DNA of 64,000 nucleotides, taken from positions 2,838,084-2,902,083 of the forward strand of contig MU056050.1 in NCBI GenBank assembly GCA_013239625.1, written 5' to 3'. The stretch's first letter is position 1, and the number at the start of each line of letters is the position of its first letter. The stretch is from Lama guanicoe. Taxonomy: Eukaryota. Positions 1-12,770 of the stretch are shown one piece after another. Under the pieces are notes generated by a model. The model had not been told where the DNA came from, searched no databases, and worked only from the letters and a program-made list of their open reading frames with translations. The translations under genes and the position numbers were made by a program.

Positions 1-3000
1 CTTCAAGAGCTTCAGACTCATGTTGCAAACTGGGTAATGGAAACGATATTTTTAAAATCATGGTATGAAATCTATGAAAAAGTAGCAAAGAAATACATAA
101 TTTCCTTATCGCAGGCTTTGTAAAGTCCCAGCACGGAATAGGAGCAGATTCTTATTATGTGGTGCAACCACTGTGCCTAGCACTCTTGAGTGGTTTCCTC
201 GCTTCTAGCATGTGAGAGAGTGAGTGCATCCATTGGCACTAAGCCTCACATAAACTTAAAGATGCTGAACAGCCCAGGCCTGTGACCTTATGAGGTTGCT
301 GTTGAACAGATTTTCTCATTGACTATGTTCTTCAATACTTAAGACAAGTGTTCAGGACCACAATGAAATAGGCCTAGGAAGTGCTGCTGCACTGGGTAGC
401 AGTTCCTTGAGTACGACTCCCTGTTTGATTTACTGCTGGAAGCACTCTGTTCAGTGGACCTCAGAATCCCTCCAGTAGGTCAGATCCTAGCCCATCTAGC
501 CCAATTTCTCTGGGGCATAAAGCAATTGTAGAAAAGCGTCATAGCCTCCCCGGTGTCAATTTTAGAGGTAAGAAATGCCAGTTGGAATCTCTAGCTTCTT
601 ATTACTTCACAGATCAAGCAAAGAGCATACATGGAAAGAAGGCTTCCTATGCGCTGGGCACTGTGTTAGACTCTGTGGAAGTGATCATTATTGCCCTCAA
701 TGCTCTCCTGTTTTGCTAGAAGAAATAAAACCACTATACACCATACACCAGTTATCAACCTTTTCTTCAATTGTTCCATCATATTTTCTGGCCTGTAGAT
801 GTCAGTTTTTGAAGGACTCTGTATCAGACAGCTTTATTTAATAAATGATTATCTTCTTACTTAAAATTAAGAAAGCCTGTGTATCTATAAAGTTTCCTGA
901 CACAAAGTTGATGTAATTTAGCTAAGAGCAGTCACTTGCCATTTAAATTTAGGATTTTTGTGAGGAGTCGATAAATATTTTTATTTTTAAAATTATTACT
1001 GTTACTATTATTATTACTATATGCAGCCTAATCACAGGCAGATGGACCATTTTCCTAGGCTCTTTGTAATACCGACAATACCTCAGAATACATCATCACT
1101 GCCTTCTTAAACTTCTATGAACTTTGGGAGCACAATTTAGGAACAAGTTCTGTAGAAAGCTGGTAGTTTTAATACATGTTAAATACCAGTATGTGCTAAA
1201 GGATTTTAGAGCACTCCAAGTTCAGTATGAACCGTTTTGGTTTGCAAAGCTTCCATGAGAGCCAGATGGTTTCACATTGTGCCCCAACTTGACAAAAAAA
1301 GTTGCTAAAAAAGTTGACATTGTTTTACTTCAAAATAATATGCAGTGTTACAGGTTCACTTGTGACATTCTCCAGCTTTTTGTTTTTTATGTTTATATCT
1401 ACTATTTTAGGTTTTATTCTTCATTCTGCACTACATTACAAAAATAATCACACACAGGGCAGAAACTCATGATTACTTTTGTGGTAGGCAGCATTAAACC
1501 ATACTCCAGTGTTTATAAAATGATGACAAAGAGCTCTCTGAGGGTTTTGTCTGTAAGTAAAAGTTTTGGGATATTTAATCCCATTTATTTTTTGTTTGAT
1601 ATATATTGACTTTGATCATTTCAGTGAGCCATTTTTGGTTCCAAGAAAGAAAAAGATTGAGCAAGTATTGAAAATTTCATGCCTTTACCAGTACAATTCC
1701 TGATATTGTCCAGACAGTTTTGAAACTTCAGAACATATATGACCTGCTTTGTAAAAGACTCATACTATTGAACTCCCTGATGATCAATGTTTCTAGCATT
1801 TTTTCATGAAATATTTATTACTGAGAAGGAAAAGAAAAATAATGCCAATGTTGCTGTAACTATAAAATGCATTTAGAAATCCACCATTAGCTATTTTGCT
1901 TGCTGGGTTATAATATTTCATTTGTATCTACAAAGCTGCTTAGGGAAACATTTATATAGTCCATTTCATTCCATTCCTTTCCCAAATTTTGGTGTTGTGT
2001 ATAGATCAAAGTGGTCATCCATGTTTCAAAAACATCAGAGATTTCCTAAAAAATGTTCAGGCAAAAAAAAAATGTCTGGACAAAATAGACTCTTGGACTT
2101 TAATCTGCTAGTTTAAGCTTCAGTGATGGAACTTTATTTTTCAGCTTCCAAGAAAAAATAAAAAACAGAATTTTAGAAGGAAAGCTGGAGCCTCCCTTAC
2201 AAAGAAATTATTTTGTGTGTGTGTATGCTGATATCATACCCTGAATGCCCCCACCCCGGATGAAGGTGGGTAGAAAGAAGATTCAGTCACAAGCCAAAGG
2301 CAACTGGGTTGATGAGACCAAAAGAGCTACATGATGATTTATTTGTCTGTCAGGTGTTGAGGTGTGGGATGTGAAGTTTTTTCTATAAACCAAAACGAGG
2401 CAGACCACAGGATAGACGTTGGTAAACAATGAATGTGAAAGAAGTCAATGTCAGAAATGATATACTGCTTGAGGTAAAGAAGAAACTACAGTTTGCGGAG
2501 GGTTGTCTCTACAAAGGGAAAGAGGAAGGGGAAAGCAAGGGAGGTAACCAGGTGCAGATGCTGTGTTAGGCTCTGGGTGTGGAAAGAGGAATGTGACATC
2601 CCTCCTGTCTTCTAGGAGTTCACGGACTAGTAGGAAAAAGAAACTAAGAGTGTCTTTCAGTTTCCAGGGGCATCACATATGTCATACCATTTTATCTTCA
2701 CGGGGGAAGATAAGAAAAAACTGACTAGGAGTGACTTTCATTTGGTCTAGGAAAAGGAGAATTGGGCAATAAGGCTTTATCTGTGTATCCATGTCTGCCC
2801 AGGACAGATGATGCCCAGACCACTTAAACAAACAAACAAGGTACTCACTGTTTTATTACTTACATGAATAAGATGATGATCCAGATCACAAATCTTAAAG
2901 CCTGGGCGAATAGACCTTGACTCTGTAAGAGCCTTCCAAGGCATACTAACCAGTGAGGCCCAGGATAAAACAGTGTATCTGGTCTCATAATGCATATATA

Positions 3001-3139
3001 GATAGTCCTAGACATGCTATAAGTCAGGGCATGGAAACATTTGACACTTGAGAAGAACATTCTAGAAGTCAAAATTCCAGTTGCTAGCTAGGAAACTGAA
3101 GCTTGACCAATCTGATGCAATGACCTCAGAATTAATGTT

Positions 3140-3400
3140 GAGAGGCAGAAGAGGATATGGTGAAATGCACAGGCTCTGAAGTCGGCAGCCTGTGTTCAAA
3201 TCCAGGGCCTGACACTGACCAGCTGTGTAACCTTGAACAAGCCCCCTAGGGTCTCTGAGTTTTGGCTTCTGCATTGGTGAAATGGGGATAGTCATAGTAA
3301 TCACTTCATAGGGTTGTTGATATAAATAAATGATATAATATATGCAAAGTGTTTACCAGGGATGCCTGGAAGGTAGTATTCAGTTCACACACATTAGCTA
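3140..3400 (+). mobile_element. MIR SINE; similar copies near 8640, 13720, 17310, 20650, 23260, 49110, 53680 and 56290
   Basis: MIR core ctgtgttcaaatcc...agctgtgtaaccttgaacaag...gaaatggggata. Confidence 0.75.
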
Positions 3401-5457
3401 TTATTCCGAGAATAAAATCTCAGAAGCAGGTAGAGTTTCAGCTAGAATTAGGAAGTACCTTCTGAGTCATGAAGGAATTGAAATTGGACAAGTAAAAGGA
3501 ACTGTACACAGCAGACAGAAAGGTAAAGAACTTGCAGTATCAAGCAGGTTGTGCAGGTTTAGAATATGAGGGAAGGATGGGGCTCTGTCACAGCTCTTAT
3601 TAAGTGGGTTGTAATGCTGTTTGCTTGTCTGTCTTTTTCACTAGACTGTGAGCTACTTGAGGGCAGGTACAGGCTTTTCTTCTCTCTAACCTAAGTACCT
3701 ACCACAGTGCCTGTCATACAGTCGATGCTCATAAATCTTGGTTGAAAGAATAAACATATTTAAAATAGGCTTACATAAACACAAACAACAACACTGTCTC
3801 TGAATCCTCATTTACAAAAGGGCATTAGGAAAATTAGCCTCATAAATAAAACCACGTATTATCAAAAGGAAGTGCTCTTTTTTTTAGACATTTTAATTTT
3901 TTTTCTCATTTTTGCAAAGGAAGTGAATTTTAGTAAGAGAGAATGTGTAAACTCACCATAGGTGACAATATCATAACACTGTCGCAGGAGAATTCACACC
4001 TATAGTTGAGCCAGTTGAAGAACAAAGTTAGTTTTGAAAGGTTATAGAAAAAGATTTTGAAATGTCAGAGCCACTCTATAAACCTGACCACCCTTGCCAT
4101 CATCCTTTTAATCTATCTGGGTTTGCGTATAGCCTAAGGCATTTGAAATGAAGACAATTAGCACCTCAGACAGGGCATCTACCTGCAAAATTGTGTCACC
4201 TCTCAGAGACCTCAGGAGGTGACACATATAGATAAGAAGATACTTTTGACTTTGGCTGACAGTTTGTCAATACTTTTAAATTTGATTTAAGTGGCATCTA
4301 TAGTCTAAAAGGTGTGGTTTCCTTTAAACTGGGAAGCTTTCTTCCTCCACCTCATGATTTTTATTTTTTAGGGTCATTTAAAAACAAGGGCAAAAATCTT
4401 TCCTCTACTGGGTGAAACGTGAGGAAATAGCTCTTGCTTCTTGCACACAAATGAGTTCAGTCCATTCCCCCTCTGGTTCTCTCCAAAGTACACTTGGCTG
4501 CTTGGCTTTTGTTTAAAGCACAGAATGTTAGAGTTGGAAGTAGCCTTAGGGGTCATCTGGTTCAATTCCATTTGACAGATGGAGAAAATGAGACTCAGAG
4601 AGAGGAAGGGATTTAGTAGCAAAAGTGTAATTCGACTCTCATAATTGCTGGACTAGTCCTCCTTCCAATTCGTCTTGCCCTTTCAAAAGTGGGTCAGAGG
4701 CATGTAGAACCAACGTTGTATGTGTGTGTGCGTGCATGTGTCAATTTTCCCTCTTATTTTCTTGAGACCACTAATTTCATTCATTCGTTCACTCACTCAA
4801 CAAATAAATTTAGCATCTAATATGTTTCAGACACTGAGGACACAGTGGTGGCCAAGGTACATAAAATCCTGCTATCATGGACCCTATTTTCTAGTGGGGG
4901 AGACAGACAATAAACAATCAGATAATTCTGCTTCTAAGTGGATTATACTTTTATTAGGGGCCCATTCCTCTTAAATCTTTCTCTCAGTGCCTCTGCTATA
5001 TCTACTGACCCCCTCCTTGAATTTTTTCCCCTTTGTCTCTTGTAGGTATGTCAAGAGAAAAGAGAGCCATTACAATCCCTCTTTCTCCACACTTCAAGCT
5101 TGGCGTGAAGTTTTGAATTTGCTAAAGTCAGGTTTAGCACGCTAGAGTGAAGATGTCAGTATTTTTCATCAACACCGCAGTAGTGGGCTGGGTTAGCTGT
5201 CAGCTTGCTTGCGAGATGACAACAAGGGACTGAATGTGAGAGTTGTACTATTACCTTATAATTTATCTGTTCCTTTTTTATACGATTTTAGTTGTGCTGA
5301 ACCCCATCGTACCTGGCTGCTTTGACAGGTGTGCTATTTTAGCAACACAGTACAAAACAGAGCATGAAAAGAAGAATGCATGGTATACTTTCGCTGTCAG
5401 CTTGAGGTTGCTCCGTTCCTAAATTTGTGGATGATTTGTTCAGCGTTGTTCAGAGAC

Positions 5458-5484
5458 AAATAAATAAATAAATAAATAAATAAA
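5458..5484. repeat. (AAAT)n microsatellite
   Basis: Direct reading. Confidence 0.9.
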
Positions 5485-5976
5485 AAGATTAGGTTTTGTT
5501 TTTACCTATGTGACACTGAATGTTCTCACAGTTCACTTGACCGGTAGGCTGTTGTCCATGTGGACTGAATGAGGGGATCCCCTTCCCTGACTTCTTTTGT
5601 ATTTGAAATTCCACCATTGTGATTAATTTCTCTGGGCTAATCACTTGCGTGCTTAAAATATAAAGAGTTCAGGGCCAACTAACTTCTCAAGTCCTTAACA
5701 CTGGTGTATGCATTCCCCTTTCAGATCAATTTCTTCCTTGACCCAAAGCATGAAAAATGGGGAGAGGTGGAGTTGGCCGTAAGCAAGTGAGGTAGGAAGA
5801 TAATGAGACAATCTTGGCTCAGTTCCCCAGAGCCATTTTCCAATATCATCTTGAATGCTGTTTTATTTTTGTATTCTTGGTGTTGCAAATGAATGTAGGA
5901 GGCTTATGTTTACAGTTTACCTACCAAGGTTGATAGATTCTAAGGCTTAGCATGCATCAATCAAAGGAGAGTTACT

Positions 5977-6278
5977 CACAGACATAGAAAACAAACTTAC
6001 GGTTACCGGGGGGAAAGAGGGTGGGAAGGGATAAATTGGGAGTTCGAGATATGCAGATACTAACTACAATATATAAAATAGATAAACAAGTTTCTTCTGT
6101 ATAGCACAGGGAACTATATTCAATATCCTGTAGTAACCTATAATGAAAAAAATATGAAAAGGAATATATGTATGTGTATGTCTGACTGAACCATTATGCT
6201 ATACACCAGAACTTGACACATTGTAACTGACTATACTGCAATAAAAAAGAACAAGAACATGAAAAAACAAACCAACAA
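5977..6278 (+). mobile_element. 5'-truncated young L1 (3' UTR and A-tail)
   Basis: L1 3' UTR sequence, AATAAA at 6240-6245 and A-rich tail; perfect 14-bp TSD AAAGGAGAGTTACT at 5963-5976 and 6279-6292. Confidence 0.9.
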
Positions 6279-7359
6279 AAAGGAGAGTTACTACTAGCTG
6301 CCACTGAAACCGTAAAGGATTGTTTTCAACCTTAGTGGATGGAGAGCAAATACCTGGCTTTTGGTGTAAGGCAGCTCTGTGCATCAGATCCGTTGGTAGG
6401 ACTAGTGATGATTTAAAAATGATTCATCCTATTGAGCTCCCAGCTGTGTCATGTTCTGAAGAAATTAGGTGCGGATGATGTGGGAGAGATACAACAGACA
6501 ACATAACTTCAGCTATTTAAATTCCAATTTGCAAAAGTATTTCATGTACTCAAAAGGAAAAACATAGAAGACGGTTTAGCTTCAAACATTAAACAGTGTT
6601 GTTCTAGTGAAACAGGAGGAAGTTTGGGGGAAATACTACTTAACAGCACATCTTGAAATAGAAGAGAGAAGGAAATAAAGGTTGAAAGGTTCTAAAAAAT
6701 GTATGATAGTTTTTAGCATCAACTGAACTTTTGTTCAGAAAAACATATTCTCTACTCACAGCAGAGGATCAAAGTTACAACACAATTATCAACACTTGCA
6801 ATGTGATTTAAAACAAGTATGCCCCAAGTGCTAAAAGGTGGGCCCTATACATCAAAGGGCACATATAAGTGGTCATAAAGGCAAAGCACCAATTAAATGA
6901 ATTATTCTCTCATGTAAAACCCATCAAACAGATAAATCTGGAACATCTTTGGACACAGACTGATTTTAGCACCCCAACCAGAACTTTGTGATCTTGGATG
7001 ACAAGAAGGTTGGAAAAATTTGATTTGCCCAGGATCAAGATTGCTCAAGATGATTAGGAGTGGAAGCGGAGGGTGGGCGGCATGAAGAGAGGAGGCACTT
7101 GCCCCAAGTCCCTCCTTCACTTACTGCTGATTCTGTAGGAACCTCCTGGCTGTGCTCAGGAGTGATTGCTCACTGACAGGATAGTTTCTGTGTTTTGGTC
7201 TCAGAGTTTGGGGCCTTTCATTCTCTGTCAGTATGTTTCTGCCCCAGGTGAAGGCCATGTTCAGCTTGCCTCTATCATCACCCCCTTTGGGGACTAGTTA
7301 ACCTAAGTCATGGGTCCTCTGGGAAAAGTTCAGGGACAGAAGCATTACCAAGCATTCCT

Positions 7360-8060
7360 GTCAGGGTGCGGGTCTGCGGTGGTAGTACAGGTCAAATCTT
7401 GCGAGGACCTTCTTCCTGTCGTCCTCCCTGCTCCGTCCATCCGAACCCAGTGTTGCAGGGGTCGGCCTGGGAGGGGAATCGAACCCTCTGGCAATAACCA
7501 AGCTGCTAAACTGCTGAGCTGGTTTTAATTGAAGTGTGAGAAGGAGGTTTTAAGGCAGGTAGACAACATCCTGTTGTTCGGGCGCTCCTCTCTCTTTTTT
7601 GCACATCTGGCTGAACTGGGAGTCAGGTGGCTGACTCGTGTGCCTGGTTGCAGCAGCGGCAGCGGCAGCGGCAGCAGCCGGGCGGCAACTCCCTGCCACC
7701 GTCCCACGCCTCACCCGCCTAAGAGTCCCCCAGGCCATGGATGCGGTGGCTGTGTATCACGGCAAAATCAGCCGGGAGACGGGGGAGAAGCTCTTGATCG
7801 CCACGGGTCTGGACGGCAGCTATTTGCTGAGGGACAGCGAGAGCCTCCCGGGCGTGTACTGCCTGTGTGTGCTGTGAGTATGCCGCGGCGGGACCGGGGA
7901 CCGAGGGGCGGCAGGGGCGGCGGCGAGGCCTCCTCCACTGCCCACGGCAAGGCCCGAGGTCCCCCGCTGGGGATTTCAAGCCCCGGGCCACCCGCGCTCC
8001 AGGAGGGGGCCTCCCCAGCGCCTTTGGGGGCGGCGGCAGAGAATGCCCTCTGGGATGGGG
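7360..8060 (+). promoter_or_regulatory. SH2D1A promoter / CpG-rich exon 1 region
   Basis: Marked local rise in GC and CpG around exon 1 and the start of intron 1, in an AT-rich window. ETS-type ACATCCTG (CAGGATGT on - strand) at 7566-7573; E-boxes CATCTG and CAGGTG nearby. Confidence 0.7.
7737..7873 (+). CDS. SH2D1A: SH2D1A (SAP) coding exon 1
   Basis: Strong Kozak GCCATGG at 7734-7740. Translates [45 protein letters not shown](L), the SAP N-terminus with the SH2 phosphotyrosine-binding Arg32 (YLLR). Donor CT|GTGAGT; 137 nt. Confidence 0.98.
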
Positions 8061-10899
8061 AAACGCAGCCTAGAACTGACCTTGCCTTCGGAAAAAGGCT
8101 CAGGCTCTCGACTTCGTTTTGACCTCTAGGTCAAACTACAAGCCTGCAACATGGAGCCCTGGGATGGCCCAGAAGCCAGATTTGGGGCCACCAGCTCCTT
8201 AGAGAAGGGGAGGCCTCTCTCTCCAGCTCTCTTTAAATGGCATTGGCGGTGTCATCCCAAAGGAAGGCCGTCCAGTTCCGGGAGAGGAAGAAGACCAAGC
8301 GACTGAATCCATCACTTTAAAAAGGCACTTCTTTAAGTGACCACTTTAAGAACTAGTTAGGTTAGGATGCTGAGGAGGGGATGTTTGTGAATAAAACCGC
8401 CTCTCTGGATCTGCTTATTTAGCTTTCTTTAGAGGAGTTGTGTGGTGGGTGGGGAGGAAGGGGGTTTCAGAAATAGAGCCCTTGTTGATAAAAGGACTGA
8501 CAATAGCGGTGAAGGACACAGAGGGAAAATACCCTCGTGTGATTCAGCTTTGCCCTTTACCTAGGCTTGTCTTAGTCTAACGCCCCATTTTGAATCAAAT
8601 ACACCTTCATCTTTCCTTCAGCGCTCCTGACTTAGATCTAATCTTGTGCTAGTCTGATGCTGACTTTGGCAAGTTAATCTCTCAGTACCTCTGTTTTCTT
8701 ATCCATAAAATGGATACAATATTACTGCCTACGTCACAGGAATGTGAGGGTTAAGTGTTATCATGCAGGTAGAAAAATTAGCACTAGACCTGACACATAG
8801 TAAATGTTCAGTAAAAGTAAGCTATTATTATTATTACTGTATTCTTTTTTTAGTCTATGTCTTTCAGTACTTATTATTATTTTTATTATATTCTTTCTTT
8901 TTTGGGTCGAATTCTCATGGGACATTTCTAAGGAAGTACCTTGCCCAATCACTTTTTGTTAGCAGGATAAAAACACCATGAAAACACCAACCCTGTACAG
9001 TAGGTTCTAAACAGAAAGAAAATGAAGGGAAAAGCTCAGTAGTAATTTTGGTCTCTGAAGATACACTGCAAGATTTTGAAGTTCCTTCTGGGTCAGTTCC
9101 TTCTGAGCCTGGTGTTAGAGGATTTGCATTGTTTATTGTGTTTTTAAAATGGTCAAGACATGTTTGTGGCAACTCTCAGGCCATGCTAAATACATTTATT
9201 ATAGAAGTTTCAAGGGAAATAATGTGCAAGCTATTGAATCTCTTGGGCTTAGATCTTATGTTTTCTTTATATTATTGTTTTTTCCAAATGGAAACCAGGG
9301 AAGGTCAATAAAAGTCAACTAGTATCCCTAAGCTCTTATCAAAAGAAAGTGCAGTGAGTGGACTGGTGAAAGGGGCTTCTTAAGGGAAGCTGACAAAGGA
9401 GGTAGTGGGCGCCTTAATCTGGAGATGAAAAATAAGGTACAAAAGAAGCCTGGGAATGGAAGGAAGAGCAGGGTACAGTGTGTGGCAGGAGGCACCTGAA
9501 GCTTCAGACACTCTGGCCTCTATTGTTTCCCAAGCTTGCCAAGCGGTTCCCGGCTTAGGATCTTCTCACTTATTGTTCCTTCTGCCTATCCCCTCAGAGA
9601 TAACATCTTTGACCATCCTATGTCAAATAACTACCCTCTCCCTGTCACACTCCATCACTTCATTTTTCTTCAAGAAGCTTTAAACTATCTGATGTTTGCT
9701 TGTTTACTTATGTATTTCTGGGCTCTCCTGCTAAAAATTTCCATGAGGACAGGGACATCATCTCCTGTATCAGGAACACAGCCTGGCATATGATAGGCAC
9801 TCGATAAACATTTTTAAATTAACAAATGATTTATCAGGGCAAATACTTTTCCTTACTGCAGAGAGATTTGGGGCTGATATAAGGAGGCCAAGGTGTGGAC
9901 TCGGGGGAAGTCATTCAACTTCTCTGGGTCTTGGATTCCATATTTGTAAAACAGAAGTAGTTTATGTGTGCCCTACCTTCTCCATAGGATTACTGCTGAT
10001 GAAATAGGCAAGAGAGAAGGACAGCCTTAGCCTTTTGCCCATGTAGGCCAGGACCACATAAGGAATTAATTTAGGCATTTACATTTACATTTTTATCAAA
10101 CATTTACATTTTCATCCAAAATGAAATCTTGCATAAATGCGGTTTTTGTGACTCAGATTTCCATGCAAACTTCCTTCTGAAGTAGCAGAAAATAGTAGAC
10201 AAATTGGAGGCCCCTCTAGCATGCCTTTTGATGGGCCCACTGAGCTCTCCAGGTCCTAGAGGGTGATGGCCAGACTGCTGCAGAGGGAAGACACAAGGAT
10301 ACATTGCCTCCTATGACAGTTTCTCAACCTTTTCGAGCCAAGGATCCCTTTCAATAAACATAAACATTCATTTCTCCTTTTTTAGTACCACGCTGCAGGA
10401 ACAAAATCAAATTTTATTTTGAAATAAACCACATACTCATCTTCAACCAAAACAGGTATGGTTATGATCTGCAGTAGAAATAACAGTGTAAATGGTGTCA
10501 TATATACATAGGCAACAAGGTATAGCTAACAAGCATGCCTTGAGCATAGGGTTCACTCAAAATAGTTTCTCATTCTATCTTTTGTTTATTCTCATTATCC
10601 GAGAAGGTTCGGTTGAGCTTTAGTTTCTGTATTGTTGCTGCGGAAATCACATATTGCATATGCCTTTCGAACTGTACTTTAAACTATGCTTTCTAACTAT
10701 GCTCCTTTTCCCAGTTCTGAACCCCCAATCACAGCCTATAGATATGGCCTTTTCTTCCATTAATTTTGGAAAATTGAGTCTCGTAAAGTATTAAAGAAAT
10801 TTTCCATATATAGGATGGCTTACCTTCATTTAAAGTAAGAATTTTTTCTTTCACTTATTTTCAATAAATAAATCTAGATTTTGGTATAAAAAGCCTATT

Positions 10900-10944
10900 T
10901 TTTAAACTTTTTTAATTGAGTTATAGTCATTTTACAATGTTGTG
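10900..10944 (-). mobile_element. Very short L1 3' stub
   Basis: T-tract plus reverse complement of the L1 3' terminus; 13-bp TSD TAAAAAG(C/T)CTATT at 10887-10899 and 10945-10957. Confidence 0.7.
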
Positions 10945-10959
10945 TAAAAAGTCTATTAA

Positions 10960-12770
10960 AATAGTTCTTAAATACCTATTCATATTATAGGAAATTTGAA
11001 AAATGTAGATAATGGAAGTGAGGAAAAAGCATCTATAGTTTTATAACCCAAAGGCAATTGTTCTTGAAAATTAAGTGATTTTTGTTCTATATTTTAATAA
11101 AATAAATTATAAACACACATGTACTCTCATAATATTGTATTCTGCTGCATTTTCTACTTAACATGAAAAAAGCCCATTTAGATATAATGTTCTTACAAAT
11201 GATTTTAAAACATTATTTTTAATGGTCTCATGATAGTCCAACCAGTCCAACTATATTTTCCTTAACTAGTCATTTTTTTAGACATCTGAATCATTCCATT
11301 TTTTTTGCAATTATAAATTCCATCATAATTTCGTAATTCAGTCCATGAAGGTTTTCTTGTATTTATGATTACTTTTTTATAAAGAATTTCAAGATGTGCA
11401 ACTTCTAGATCAGAAAACACAAACAGGTTAAGATATCTGATGTATATGTGATCACCAAATATTTTTTCCTAAATGATTATTCCAGTTTATATATACGCTC
11501 ACCAGTAATGCGTGAAAGTGTCTCTTACCACACCCTCCCTAGGAATGGGTATTCTTGTTAAAAAAAAAATTCTTGAAATTTGATGTCTCATTCTTTATTT
11601 CATATTTCTTTAATTCTTTAATGAGTGTCTTTTACGTGATTGATAAGCTGTTGTATTTCTTTGTTCATGAACTGGCTCTTTTGTGTACTTTGCCCATTTA
11701 ACCATTTGGATCTCACTATTTTTCTTAACACATTATGAGTTGTATATACTAATCCTTGATCTTTTGCAGTTATCTTTTCTCAGTTTGGTGCTTGCCATTA
11801 CTTTTCTTTGCCACACAAAAAAATTAACATTTTTAGTAGTCAAGTCCGTCACTCATTTTCTTTCTGATTTCTCCCTTTGCTTCCCAACTTAGAAAGTTCT
11901 TTCATCTCCAGAAGTGTCATAAAACTTCAGTTCAGGTTTGTTTTAAATTTATGGGTTGGTTAGTTTACAGTTAACTCTGTAATTCAATTTGGAATTTTAT
12001 TTTGATGTGCAGAAAAGATCTAATTTGATTTTGTTTCAAAATAGCTAATAATTTATAAATAAGACTTCCATTCCTGATTGATTTATTAGCTTACTTTACA
12101 ATATATTAAATTTTTACATATAACAGTTATTGTTTTACAACTATCTGGCTCAACTGATCTATTATTCTTGTACTACTAGTGCTATATGATAATGCTTTAA
12201 TACATTTAAAAAATTGTTTGCTATTCTTACCTGTTGGTTCTTCGATGAAATCTAGAATAATTTTGTTAAGTTAAAACAATCTCATTAAGGTTACATTAAA
12301 TTATTAATAAATTAAGGAGAAACTGTCGTCTTTAAAGAATTTGGTCTTCCCATCCAAAAACCTGATATATCTCTTGAGTTATTAATTTAGTCATTTCCAT
12401 CCATCAGTAGAGGTTTGTATTTTTCTTCCTGTAGGTCTTGAATATTTTTTGTTAAGTTTATTCCTATTTATTGTGTGTATGAATGTATCTTTTTTTATTG
12501 AAGTATACTCAGTTCACAATGTTGTGTCAACTTCTGGTGTATAGCACAATAATTCAATCATACATATACATACATATATTTGTTTTCATATTCTTTTTAT
12601 TTTTTTGTTTCTAATATAAATGGAATCTTTTCCAATCCCATTTTCATTTGCAATAGAAAAGCTACTGACTTTATGTATTTTTCTTGTATTCATCCAGTAT
12701 ACTAAATGTTGTTAGTAATACACATAGTTTTAATTTAATTTAATTTTACTCTTTTTGGTTTTCAAGGTCT
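10960..12770 (-). mobile_element. Old degraded L1 (L1M-type), with a younger L1 tail at about 12488-12600
   Basis: T-rich sequence with motifs recalled from antisense L1 ORF2 and 3' UTR (ctttgcccattt, gtcttcccatcc, ttttgttaagtttattcct); boundaries approximate. Confidence 0.55.

Noticed and set aside
1..2170. Repeat-poor AT-rich stretch with several AATAAA, possibly the 3' UTR of an upstream gene (TEX13D lies upstream in human, as recalled)
   Set aside because: No coding sequence or splice evidence inside the window; synteny recall alone is not enough.
7529..8122. 197-aa ORF and several overlapping ORFs across SH2D1A exon 1
   Set aside because: Expected from stop-poor GC-rich sequence; TTG start, no recognisable domain, and it runs through the splice donor.
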